A stretch of 62,158 nucleotides of DNA, filler included, from Platydemus manokwari (taxonomy: Eukaryota), in assembly GCA_037951405.1 (NCBI GenBank). It is 6 parts of 6 records of this genome, joined end to end, with 100 filler letters (N's around TTAATTAATTAA, not from the genome) between each part and the next. Parts side by side here need not be neighbours in the genome. Positions count along the whole stretch, not along the records: positions 42,480 to 52,992 come from JBBMOY011127663.1; positions 53,093 to 62,158 come from JBBMOY011304873.1; 4 more parts are not named here. One strand, written 5' to 3'. Position numbers and translations under genes: made by a program. The notes below the pieces were generated by a model, which was given only the letters and a program-made list of their open reading frames with translations, had not been told where the DNA came from and made no database searches. Within the stretch, counting starts at the first letter, position 1, and the number at the start of each line of letters is the position of its first letter. Positions 50,018 through 62,158 of this stretch are shown in pieces.

Positions 50018-51935
50018 ATGAACGTGAATAAATGTCAAATTTGTGATAACATTTAAAACTATTCAAGCTTTAAAGGCACATTGGTAAAAAAGCATATCGC
50101 GTAGTATAATGAAAGAGCGATTGTCTGTGAAGATGAGCGAAGTCCTGTCGTAGACAATGAACAAAGTTCGTCTGTCTTAGGCAACAATTCTAAAATAAGT
50201 GTTATATATATAAACCATAAGATTAACAAAAGATCTCAACCAACTGAAAATATAATTTCCCATATTACAGAAGAATCTCATGAAATTTTACAATTCATAA
50301 ATAAATATTCAAATATAATACAAATGAATAAGATTACGTTACAATCGCTTTAAGTTCAGATCAAACATTAAAATTGGTGAAGATCCAATTATCGAAGATC
50401 AATTATTAGAAGCAATCAAAGATTTCCTTCAGAAATTATATAATGATTTATTAAAAGCAAAAGGTAGTGGTTGAAATATATTTGAATTAGGAAACATAAA
50501 AATAAACATTTCAAAGATAAATCTATTATTCGGAAGTAATTGTATTCCTTTATCTTTTAGAAGTAATAACATAGTTGAAAATTATGACAATAAATATTTC
50601 TTGTATTCAAAACTAACTCACTTATATCCAATTGATTGGAAAAAACACTCAAACAGACCAAGTCATTATACAAAACATTTTCATAAATTAAATATAGATG
50701 GAATAACATTTCCAACACCTTTAAATGAAATTAAAAAAATTGAAAAGAACAATAATTTCAAAATAAATGGATATGGAATTAAAGGTTAGGGAAATCAACT
50801 ATAAACTATAAATTATTTCCAATCTATATTTCTAAGAAAAAAACAATATATTTAAGAAATTAAACTTTTGTATTTATAATAGAACGGTGTATCTCATTAT
50901 GCACTCATTAAAAATTTCAATCGATTAATGAGTAGTGAGCTAAATTATAAATTAAGACCAAGTCAAAAACTGAATATTTGCGATAAATGTTGTTCATACT
51001 TTGTAAAGAAAACAAATACGTTTAATGATGACAAAGACATAACAAGCGTAGTGATGGCAAGTAAACAAAATAATACTTTTAAATTTTAAAACTATAACCA
51101 TCAAATACCAATTCTATTTATAATAGTAACTGGTACAGAATGATTAATATAGAAACCAATAAATCAAAAGGTGAAGCAACAAAAGTTATATGTAATCAAA
51201 TATCTTCTTGTATTTATTTAAAATTAACTTCAAGATACCCAAACCTAATTGAAAATGAAAATAAATTATTTCAAGGAGAAAATTGTATAAAATAATTTGT
51301 TCAGTGGATTGTAGATAATGAAAGTAGATTTGAATTAAAACTAAAAACAAAATTTGGAAGAGCATGAAAATGAGTTTAATGATTCGACTAATTGTATTTA
51401 TTATAAAAAGAAATTCATTGAAGAAACAAATCTTTCTTTTATTGGCCGGCATGATCTAAGTCTAATCACGGAACCAGTAATTAAAGTTAGAGATCATGAT
51501 TATTATCTGAAAGAAAACAAATATAGAGGAGCTGCATGTGAAGAATGCAATTTATCAGAAAGGAAGCCAAAAGATTTTCCTTGACATTTTCACAATGGCT
51601 CTAAATATGATTTCCATCTAATAATAAAGGAACTTGCAAAGAAATCTGAGAAAAATCTGAAATTATTACCATTAACTGAAGAATCTTATATATCTTTAAA
51701 TTATGGTTGTCTAAGATTCACAGATTCATTAAGATTATTTCAAAACTCTTTAGATAAAATAAGTAAATCAATGAAAGATGGAGAATCTATTGAGTTAAGA
51801 AAAGAATTTGAAAATAATTCAAGTTATGTTATAATGAAGGGAAAAGGTATCCATGTGATTACATAACATCTTTTGAAACATTCAATGAAACTAGATTACC
51901 ACCAATAGAATGTTTTTACTCTAAATTAAATTTAA
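50018..51935 (+). pseudogene. Protein-primed family B DNA polymerase (N-terminal C2H2, endonuclease VII-like insert, exonuclease), truncated before the palm
   Basis: CQIC..H; KGSG*; NYDNKYFLYS; LNIDGITFPTPLNEIKKIEKNN; HYALIKNFNRL; KVRDHDY..KYRGAACEECNL; FHNGSKYDFHLIIKEL; LRFTDSLR; FNETRLPPIECFYSKL. Confidence 0.9.
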
Positions 51936-51941
51936 TAAATT

Positions 51942-52250
51942 CTAGAAAGTTAAAATCTTTTTTTCTACGGTGTTGGAAAATAAAGCAGAATATATTGAAT
52001 CTTTATCTCGTTTATTTAATTTAAATAAAATTACAAAATTTGAATATATCCTGATTGAATTTTTTAATAAACCATAAAAACTTTGAGATAGGTAAATACT
52101 ATTACAATTATTATGTCTTCCTCTTGTATAATGAGCAGACATTATTTCCTGGTTTTTCTCTGTAACACAATCATCAAAATTATTAAATTCTTTTTGGTTT
52201 TATTTAAATCTGATGGGTTCATAATTTCATTGATTTTAGAAGTCATGATT
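51942..52250 (-). pseudogene. A32-like DNA packaging ATPase fragment
   Basis: KPSDLNKTKKNLIILMI (Walker B-like region), then YTRGRHNNCNSIYLSQSFY..IR. Confidence 0.85.
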
Positions 52251-52439
52251 ATTGTTATATTATTTTTTCTAAAGGAGACAACATTTCAGCAATGAGTTCA
52301 CAAATCTCTCTAATAGTTAATTCTTTATGAAAGCCATACTGGTCTTCAAATATTTTTATTATAATTTTTTTTGATAATCTATTTTTAAATCCATAATCTA
52401 AAATTTGATGTTCTTCTTGATAGACAGTTTTTGGATAAT

Positions 52440-52864
52440 TCATGGATAAAAGATTCTGATAATACTTGGTAATATGAAATAGCTTTCTAAAATAACTTTA
52501 TCTGTAAATTCTCGAATAAAATCTTCAGATAATGATGGGTGTTGTGAAATATATTCCCAATCCACTTCATCTTGGAATTCTCGGATAAAATTTTCAGATA
52601 ATTTTTGATAATATGAAATAACTCCCCATGCACTTTATCTTGAAATTCTTTAATAGTGGATTCTAAAAGATTTTGATTCATACAATCTAATATAAGGATA
52701 TTTTCATGTAATGTTTGTTTACAATATGAACATTTATCATCTTTATATTTTTTATCGCATTTTTCGCACATATAATGTTTACAAAAAGTAAGCATACATG
52801 TATTCCCATAACATATTAATTCATTCTTCAGAATTTTCTGATTTTTTAAGTAATTTTTTTCCAT
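52440..52864 (-). pseudogene. RING-finger plus tryptophan-repeat protein (frameshifted)
   Basis: ICYG..CKHYMCEKC..CSYC, then ~23-aa repeats QNLLESTIKEFQDKVxW / QKLSENFIREFQDEVDW / PSLSEDFIREFTDKV / QVLSESFIHE. Confidence 0.7.
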
Positions 52865-54022
52865 TTACTTCAATAAAATTTAATTAAATTGCCTCCATTT
52901 TTACAACCTATTTTTTATTAGGTGTATTAGTATGATTCCGGCTTTTTTTTTAAAAAAACAAAAACATTTTTTAAAATATTTATTTAATGAAANNNNNNNN
53001 NNNNNNNNNNNNNNNNNNNNNNNNNNNNNNNNNNNNTTAATTAATTAANNNNNNNNNNNNNNNNNNNNNNNNNNNNNNNNNNNNNNNNNNNNCTTATTTT
53101 AATAATATATTAAATATTTTAACAATATATTTAATAATATATCTTATCTTAATAATAAATTAAAAAGTTTTCTTTGAATTTAATGTTAATTTTGTAGAAA
53201 ATAATTACTTTGTTTTATTAATTTAAATAGCGTTTTAATTTTCAAATATTTAACAGGGCTAATCAGTTATTGTAATAATTAATATGTAACCTGATAGTGA
53301 AAAAAATTTCTCATTAACACTGTGATTTGAGGATAAGCTCGATAATTATATTATTTTGACAAGATTGCGAATCGAACAAATATATTTATGTCAACTAAAA
53401 CTATAATAGCGGGTTGGCCGTTGTCCAAATATGTTTATTGTCGTGACGTGTTTAAAAATTAATAATAAAATACCTCATCAGTGGGTGAAAGGGGAGATGA
53501 TAAAAATTTGAGATTTTTAATATATATATTTATATATACCTAAACAATTTTGAATATGGTTTTTTAATTTAGATAATAATCTTCAATTTAAAAATAAGGA
53601 TAATTTTTTAAAAATAGTTATTCATAGAAATCATATTTTTATTGTAAACTAAAAATTTCTGAACGAACTCCTACTTTAGATTACAAACTCCTTGGTCAAT
53701 TTCTTTATCTATGCTGTGAAATTGCCCCAGTTTCAAAAATGTTTCGCTGTCATTCTCAGACTTCCACGAAAGGAAGACAAGTCTACAAGTCGATATACCA
53801 CCAGTGTCATGAACAGTTCGATGATTAATTGAAATGATTTTCTTATATTTTATTAATGGATTTTGTCTTCTATTAGTTGGTTCACAATATCGTTTATTTG
53901 CATTTGGTTGGCACTTTTTTGTTAGCATAATAAGATTTTCTAAGATGTTTTTCAATAAATTGTCACATGCTTGTCAACAATATTGACTGATTTAATTTTA
54001 ATTGATTTTATTCAGATAATTA

Positions 54023-54265
54023 TTTGGCTCGAGTTAAGAAAGGGGCCTAAAATAAAATTTTAAACTTGTGGAGCATATTGCAAAAATCTATATAGTTTAT
54101 TAAAACATTTTTAACTTTTTATTTTAGTTGTTTATAATCAAATATAAGACACACAAGAGTTTTAAAATCTACTAAAAACTAATTATTTGAAAAACCAGCT
54201 TAATTAGGTCAAAATAGAATGCATTGAAAATTAGCGAGGACCCCTTTTTTAACATTAGAACCAAA
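54023..54265. mobile_element. MITE-like element
   Basis: TIRs tttggctcgagttaagaaaggggcct / aggacccctttttt-aacattagaaccaaa; related copy at 38013-38412. Confidence 0.6.
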
Positions 54266-57200
54266 TGAAACAATATCTCAGAGTTTTATAACAAAAATGA
54301 TTTGGAAATCATTGGGGATTGCCAGGAACTAGGTACTTGTGTTTTATCTCAAAATAAGTATATTAATATCTACTTAATAGGTTGGATCCATAGATCCAAA
54401 ACCTATCGATACTGTAATGAAATGAAGATTTCATCCAAATCAAATAAATCGTACAAATATATAAGAAGTTTTGGAATTCGAATAGAGACTTGATTTGACA
54501 ATTCATCCTTGTACCTGAATAAGGTATTTGTGGTGCACGGGCGCTCACAAAAAGACCTTCATAAATAAACCAACAATCAGCAACCAGTACAATTTTTATT
54601 CTAATAAGACTAAAAATTTAAAATTACTTATTAAGGTACAACATTTTTAGATTCCACACATATAAATATAGAAAATCGTAGAAATTGATAAGGTCTATTT
54701 TGGAGGGTCAAATATAATAGCGGATATGGTATTTGTGTTGTTGAAATACTGGAGCATTGTAGTAAGAAAGAATTGCTTCTTATTTTTATTCCACAACCAA
54801 AGTGCAGCGACTCTAGATGCAATAAATACAAGTTAAATAGAAATTTTACATTTAAAATGTTATTTTTATTTAATTTATTATTTACACTTGAGGTTTTCCT
54901 GAAATAGTTAGTGTTTCAATAAATTTTTCACTCTTGATAATTTTTTAAACATTTTTTGTTTTTTGTTTTTCTTCGAGGTTCACTACACTTACTCATTCCT
55001 TTATTATCATTCCATATTTATCGTTTTAAGTAAACATATATCAGTTATATTATATTATTCATATCGATACTTGTGAGAATTTTTAACAAAAATTAACTTT
55101 TTAAAATTTTTATTCAAATTTTATAAGATTATATTAATTTGTTTAAATAATTGCATTTAAATATAAAATTTGGTTTCGTGACATTCCAGTTCATTTTTAT
55201 TACATGCTTTATAAAATAGTAGCGGCTTAGATTGCTTTTACAAGATCTCCTTAAAAACAAATAATAACACTGTTCGCTCAATGTACTTCACGAAATATTC
55301 TCCTTTTAAAGAGATAATTTTAATTATAATTAATCTTTTTTAAACACTATTCAGATTATTGATAAGAAAAACGGAGCACTTTTATTTACTATTTTCACAT
55401 CTATAAATATCTTTAAAATAATTCTATCCAAAGGATATTAGATATTGGATATTTATATCATCATCATTATATATATGTATTTATATGATAATTCGGTTAT
55501 ATTAAACAGCCTAGTGTTGTTTTCAGGTTATGCAAGGCACTTGTAAATAAATAAATAAATCTACGAATTATATCTGTAATGCAGATCACCCATTGATAAT
55601 TACCATTATTTCTTTCATGGTGCATTCAATTGAATGTAAACAAGTTTTGACATATCTAGTAAACAAATTGAAGGATGATTTCGGTAATTTTTTAAGTCCA
55701 TGAATATCTAGCCTCATGTTTTGTTTTTAAAACGGATTACCCTGAACTGTTTTGATAATCTGAAATTAACCATGTAGGCTTTTAGATTTTTATATCTCAT
55801 TGAAGAATGGTATAAATTCGAAATTTTGGTTATCTCAAATAAAAATAAGAAATCTATCTTTTAGTTTTAAATTTTATTTTTAAATGGCAGTCTTTTATTG
55901 AAGTAGTTTTGTATCTATCTCGTATAGGCTGTAGTTACGGAATATAATTCACCATATCATCATATTAGTATTAATAGATCCAAATCTAAGGCTACTTTAT
56001 TAAATTTGGTTAATTCATTACTACTTACCAAGATTACTTGGTACGATTAGTTGTTGTTATTGCGTTCTACATCTCTCAAATACGATTTAATGAAAAATTG
56101 TCATAAGATTTTATAAAAATTTCGAATAAATTTATTATTTATGAGTTTATAAGTTTATTATTTTCGAATTGATCGAGATATTTAAATGAACGATTACAAG
56201 GTATATTTATAATTTAAAAATTTTATATTCACGAATCAGATCTAATAATATTTTAAATTATTATTATTGTGATGTATAAATATCTAATTTTTCTAATTTA
56301 ATAAGCTAAAAATATGAGATAATATTGGCATTGAATTGTGATACAAATGAAATAAAGTTTTATTGTTATTTATTCGAATAGTTTTGCTTTTCCAATGTCT
56401 TTCATTTCTTTTCCGCTATTTCAATACATCTACAACAACAAATGATAGAAATTCTCTTTCTTCTGATGGAAACAAAAAAAGCTTTTGAAAAACATTGGCT
56501 TCCTATTTGTTAAGATTCATTGAAATTATCATTAAATAATTATCATAATTTTATTTATAATAATCGATAAAAGTAAATAATAATGAATTATAATTGTGAA
56601 AATATATTGATAAATTTCACAAGATTAAAGATTATTTAATTGTAACTTGATAAGCAAATATTAGAGTTAAATGTATTTTAATATCGAATTGTGCCCATTT
56701 TGAAAACTAGAATTAGGACAGAAAATTATTTCGACTCCTCAAGACGATTCTCTCAATCTGGTTTGACAATGACGATAAAGTCTATCTAGTTGCTATTTCG
56801 GACTCGAATCTTCATTAATTAATACAGCGGATGCCATTAGCTAATAATTACAACCGAACGGATCTCGCTCATTGAAATCCAGGATAAACATAACGATTGT
56901 ATAAAATTAGTAAGTCTCCTTAAACATTAGATTGTGATTAGCTGGATTACTAATAATAAATACAACAAATTTCCAAAACATAAACTTTCTTTCAAAGCGG
57001 TTCAAGAAATTTTTGATAAAGATCAAAATATCGAATAAAGAATATCATCTTTGTACATATTAAGTTCAAATTGGATCAAATCAATAAGGGACACTTGACA
57101 GCGAATCAATGAATCATTTTGATGTTACGTATGAGCTGTATTAGCATTTTTAGGCGGATAATTGATTTTGTTTTTAACGTATAGCATCATTGTTTTAATC

Positions 57201-58794
57201 AATCTCAATGAGTTCCTCATTAAAGCCTCAGATGTAATGAACCTTATAGTTATTTTATTGTTCACTTCGAACAACTTAACTACACGAAAACAATAAGTGT
57301 GACATTATTGATACAACCTTTAATAATCCGATTACTTTTAATGTATTGGCACTGATGGTATTTATCAAATTCATCAAAATATCAATGATGATTTCTTTTT
57401 CAATAAATAACCAAGGCTTTTAGTTACAAATATTTATTACTACTTGGCAGTGATACAAATGGACAACAAATAAAATGATAAAGTCATATATGACAATCTC
57501 AATAACGAATCTTAGAATTTCTGAATTAAGCACGTAATTAATAAACTCAAGCACCCTCTCATCAAAATCATTTACCTTTAAGATGTTTGATGCAAAGCTC
57601 GATAATAAGAAACATAAGGGCTTAAATATTGACATTATTTTACATGAATGTGTTTTACCATCAAATCCTTCAGTGGAATGCTGGATAAATACAGCTTCCC
57701 TATAACCGACACGAAATGAGCTTATCTCTGCTGGAATATAATAGTGACCAAATTGTGTTCTTGGTTTCTGCCTTCATTGCACCATAATTGTTTCTGTAAA
57801 TGTGGCTGCTATTTGTTCCTGAGACTTGTGTGTTAAAGTACATGCAGTAATTATGACTACTGCTTAATATAGGCATCGATTAGTCTTGAGGTGATATTCT
57901 TCTCGATTATTATTTACTGCCTTACACATTGATTTCTGTGCATGAATTTATTATAACAGTGAAATATTCTCTGAGATTAAATTTACTATATCGGGGAGAA
58001 ATTCTCTGTGATTAAATTGATTCTACTTGATTGTCTTATTAGCAGTCTAATTTACTAGATTTTATTTTAATGGTTTCAATGGTTAAGTTTATTCCAACGA
58101 AGTTTTTGAATTTATTTTGTTTATTAATATAAATCCTTAATTTATAAACTCTAATTTCGGGCCATTGTTTTTGATTTATTCATATAATAACTTTGATTGT
58201 ATTTTACTCTGTTAACTTTGAGAAATTGCACCTATAAATTTCAACAAAAACTACTCATCATTATTTTACGGATGCTTTCAAAATATCACGAAGAACATCT
58301 TCATACATCAAATAATACTTTTATTCAAAAATACACACATGGGCACACAAAAATTAGCATATCGTTGTTTTTATGAACTGTTAGAAGCCCTCGAATCTCA
58401 ACAGTGGTATGGATATATAAGTACAAATACAATAAAAATGATCATGTGATCACAGCCCCTGAAAGAAGGCGATTTATAAATGCACTATTGCTGTCATATA
58501 TAATTTTTCTGGATTATAAACTTCATTATTAATCAGGCGACCAACATTCAGAATTTAATAAAACCACCATGCTGTGAATGACTCCAAGGAAGATATGAAG
58601 GATATATGAATGAAGGAGCCAGTTTAAACTCCGTTAAAAGACTAGGTTCATAAGTAACAGGAAGTCCTAGGAACTATAAATTTGGTTAAAGTGAGTTTAA
58701 GCCGCTACTATTTTATAAAACAATACGCATCGAAAACGAACTGAAAAGACTAGACATTCAATTCTATCCAAATACAATTATTTAAACAAAATAA

Positions 58795-59005
58795 ATAAAA
58801 TTTAATATTAAATAAAATTCAATATTAAACAAAATTCAATATTAATTAAAATTCAATATCAAATAAAATTCAATATCAAATAAAATCTAATATCAAATAA
58901 ATTTAACATCAAATAAATCTAATATCAAATAATTTAACATCAAATAAATTTAACATCAAATAAATTTAACATCAAATAAATTTAACATCAAACTAAATTC
59001 AATAC
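58795..59005. repeat. AT-rich minisatellite, 16-17 bp unit (AAATTCAATATCAAATA grading to AATTTAACATCAAATA)
   Basis: About a dozen imperfect tandem units directly after the 58699 repeat copy. Confidence 0.85.
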
Positions 59006-62000
59006 AAATGTTATTTGATATCCTCACAGTGAGTATTTATCTATCAATGAATGTATGAATGAGAATGTATGTGACATGAATGCCTGTATGTTTCACTGCA
59101 TGAGAATGAATAATGATTTTCCTAGATCCTATTGCCATTAATAATGAAACCGTTTATGATATCCATATATTTAATATAAGATACTAAGCAAAAATTAAAA
59201 TTGTGAATGATGTTATGTACGGCAAACCTAATGTTAAAATTTGGCTGAAAAACGCATGAAAATGCATTATTTATTGGCTACAGGTTCTAAAATCAACGTC
59301 TTCAGTGATTCAGAGATAATATAGCTAGATATAATCAATAAAGTAATTGAATACCTGATATAAGCGTCTTATCCAAATTAAAGCAGTTCAATGATTTTGG
59401 ATATTATATTTTTAAAAATGACTATGAGAGTATGCCAAAATAATAAAATGTTATATTGCAAATAATATAATCCCAAGAATAAAGGGTGGTATCGATATAT
59501 TAAATTATATTATTTTAGTGGTTCTAGAAGAGACGAGTTTATTAATCCACAAAGTGTTATTCAGAATAACTATAACCTAAAATAAAATATTATCATTCCA
59601 TTGGCTACTTGATACAAATAAACTTCACACTCATCAGCTTCTAATTGGCAACATTCTTTCCTGTTCCTGTGTGTTTAATGCGCTAATTTTTAATGGATTA
59701 CGTGTTTTTTGCTATTTCAATTCGATTCATTGATTTATCCTGACCGTGATAAATCAATCCCTGTGTGCATATAGTTATGTAATCATACATTTTCCAAAAA
59801 TAAAATCTTCACTCTGTATATTACTTTTGATTGGTCAGTTATCGTGCCTGAACGACTGTGCAAATTATGTATGAGTGCATCAAGGTTCCAAGCACATATT
59901 AGCGTGCATTTCCAAGAAGAATAAGGCCGAAGAATATACTTAGATTTTCGAGAAAAAGTCTCTCATTACCTATTCCAAGTATGGAAGTTATAATTGATAT
60001 ATGAAATGATACCAAAATTTCAGCAAGATTGAGTTTGGAAATGCTTATTATCACTTAGAAGTAGATTAAATACGGTATTTTTGATAAAGAATGGTTAATT
60101 TTGTTTCAATGGAATGCGTTTGGTATTGCTGCAATCCAAGAAAGTTTTCCAACGTTGGTGATTTAAGTTCTGTGATCCAAAAACCGGAAATAAGCAATCG
60201 TATTCTTTGATGATATGAAAGAAAAAATATTATCTCAGTCAAATACAATTTTATAAAACCTGAAAAAAATGAGCAAATATGGAATAACATTGAACAATTT
60301 GAAGATAAAAGTTTAAAAATCGGAGTTTTATGAAACACCTTAAGAATTTTTTAGGCCTCACCAATTGTTCATTGCTAAAACTTCTTCGTTTTTAATATTT
60401 AAAGCAAAACACATGATTACACCGAACAAATAATATATATTTATAATACATCAATTTTAAACGAATTAAAATTTATTTCCATCAAATTTATCTTTTTTTT
60501 ACATATAAAATGCTCACATTATCATATCACATATTTAATTTTTATTTAAATATAAATTTACTAATTTTTATACTTGTTTTTAAATTGATAGGTTAACAGT
60601 AATTTTTTAAGCAAGATCATTTAATAAATATCAATATGGTATAATTATTTTGATAACTTTTTCAAAATATTTTTTAATTATAATGTTAATCTTCTGTAAA
60701 TTTTAATTAAGTATAATATTTTTAAATAAACAACACACCAATTATTATAGAAAATATGTGAAGGCCAATACTACATACTTCAAAATACTTAAATGCATGT
60801 GTGAATCTTACAAGGAAAACCTGAAAGCTGTAGTGGCTCGGAAAATGTGAAAATAATATATGTATTTAAGACACGTCCACGAATATTGGTACAGTCAGAA
60901 CTATACTGAAACAAATCAGAATTGATGAAAAATACAAATTCGACTACTACATTTCCTGCGAAGATAGGTAACAATTTATTTCATACATGGTCTAACCACA
61001 TCAAATTTATAATTCCACTTTAATTCATTCTCATCAACAAATCATCAAATCAAAACCTTGAGCAAAGCAAAGATTGGATTTTCCCATTCACAACTCAATT
61101 GCAAATAGATTTCTAGTCTATGTTTGGAAACAAACAATAAAAAACAATTAAATCAATCTTCAAGTCGACTTTTTTAATGATGGGAAATAAATATTGATTT
61201 TTTGGGTACCTCCTTGCTCTTCTCATAAAACCTAGTCCTCAGTTATCCTTTTAATGTCCTTTGTATTCTGTCTTCTTTAGCCTTCTATATGATGTTATTC
61301 AAGCGTTGTTCGGTTTTTTGGTTTCCAAGATATTGTTTGTTGAGATATCTATCGAGAGCTATCTCTGCTTCTGGAAATGTTGTCGTCTATTTGATTATAG
61401 CTTTCAACATAAACTCAATTTGTGGGAATAAGTCAAATTATTGTTTGTTTTTCTTGTTAAAACTGAGTCAAAAAAATTGACGCTGGACCAAATCATTGGT
61501 GGTGTGGTGATAGGAACAGAATTGTTTAAACACAATATGATGCTTTTTTAAAAATTTAATCCATTTTAAATAGGATTTTGCTTTTCAACTTGTGATAAAC
61601 TTAATTCAATAATCAAATTTGATTTTATTTTAGACAAATGAGAAAGGTGATGTTTGATAATGTTGCAGAGCCAGATCAAATCAAGGATCATCTCAATCCT
61701 AATATTCTCAATTAATTCAATAGTATTCTCAACAGCCAGGATCATCTCAATCCATGTCTTCAGCAAATCCCAAAAATCCCAATCCATATATCAAACCTTG
61801 CACAAATGGAAAGTTGATATTGACGAAGACAAATGATTTAAAGACAATTTATTGTAATTTGATCTCACTCTTTTACCTTATTCTTTATTTATTTGTAACT
61901 ATTAATTCTTTTTCAATTTATTTATAAATATTGTGATTTATTTATGATTTTCATGAAAAAAGTGATTTAAATAATCTTTATAATTAAAAAAAGATAATTA

Positions 62001-62079
62001 TAAATTCGTAATAAAATGTATTATTTTTATAATTGTAGTAGAATAATGAATAAAATAATAGTAAGAATATGAAATAAAT

Positions 62080-62101
62080 GTATAATAATAATAATGATAA
62101 C

Positions 62102-62158
<57 letters not shown>
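62080..62158. repeat. (AAT)n microsatellite running off the window end
   Basis: Direct inspection. Confidence 0.98.

Larger units (their letters stand above)
50018..52864. mobile_element. Polinton/Maverick (adintovirus-like) endogenous DNA virus remnant
   Basis: Protein-primed PolB pseudogene (+) meets an A32-like packaging ATPase fragment and a RING/Trp-repeat gene (-). Confidence 0.85.

Noticed and set aside
55120-58800. One 3.6-kb DNA transposon bounded by the two inverted repeat copies
   Set aside because: The sharp conserved ends face inward rather than forming outer termini, and I recognised no transposase between them.
58795-59005. CRISPR-like array
   Set aside because: Adjacent tandem units with no unique spacers, in a eukaryotic context.
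60090-60200. Possible Tc1/mariner C-terminal remnant (MECVW..RKFSNVGDL)
   Set aside because: Too short and degenerate; no DDE motifs or TIRs found.

Overview
Very AT-rich eukaryotic (invertebrate animal) DNA with short (~42-85 nt) GT-AG introns and (AAT)n microsatellites. The pattern fits a planarian/flatworm-type genome, but that is an inference. The window joins six ~10-kb contigs with artificial 100-nt N44-TTAATTAATTAA-N44 linkers, so neighbourhood across linkers is not biological. Host genes: an RRM/RS-rich SR-like gene (minus, ~0.8-2.3 kb), 3' exons of a leishmanolysin/invadolysin-like M8 peptidase (minus, 19.1-20.8 kb), 5' PLAT exons of a lipoxygenase (minus, 23.2-23.8 kb) and a five-exon IWS1/Spn1 gene (plus, 45.2-46.9 kb). 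Most other identifiable sequence is decayed mobile DNA: Ty3/Gypsy relics, several LTRs, a Merlin transposase relic, MITEs and a Polinton/adintovirus-like remnant (pPolB, packaging ATPase, RING plus Trp-repeat gene). The most interesting object is a decayed, retrovirus-like Gypsy element at ~3.9-11.2 kb. It has a chuvirus/herpes gB-type (class III) envelope fragment upstream of pol, a second mucin-stalked type I membrane protein after integrase, a further ~650-codon unknown ORF behind a splice acceptor, and a 1.1-kb LTR whose U3 holds a cluster of GCM-type sites just before the TATA box. All calls come from manual translation and motif recognition; no database searches were run.
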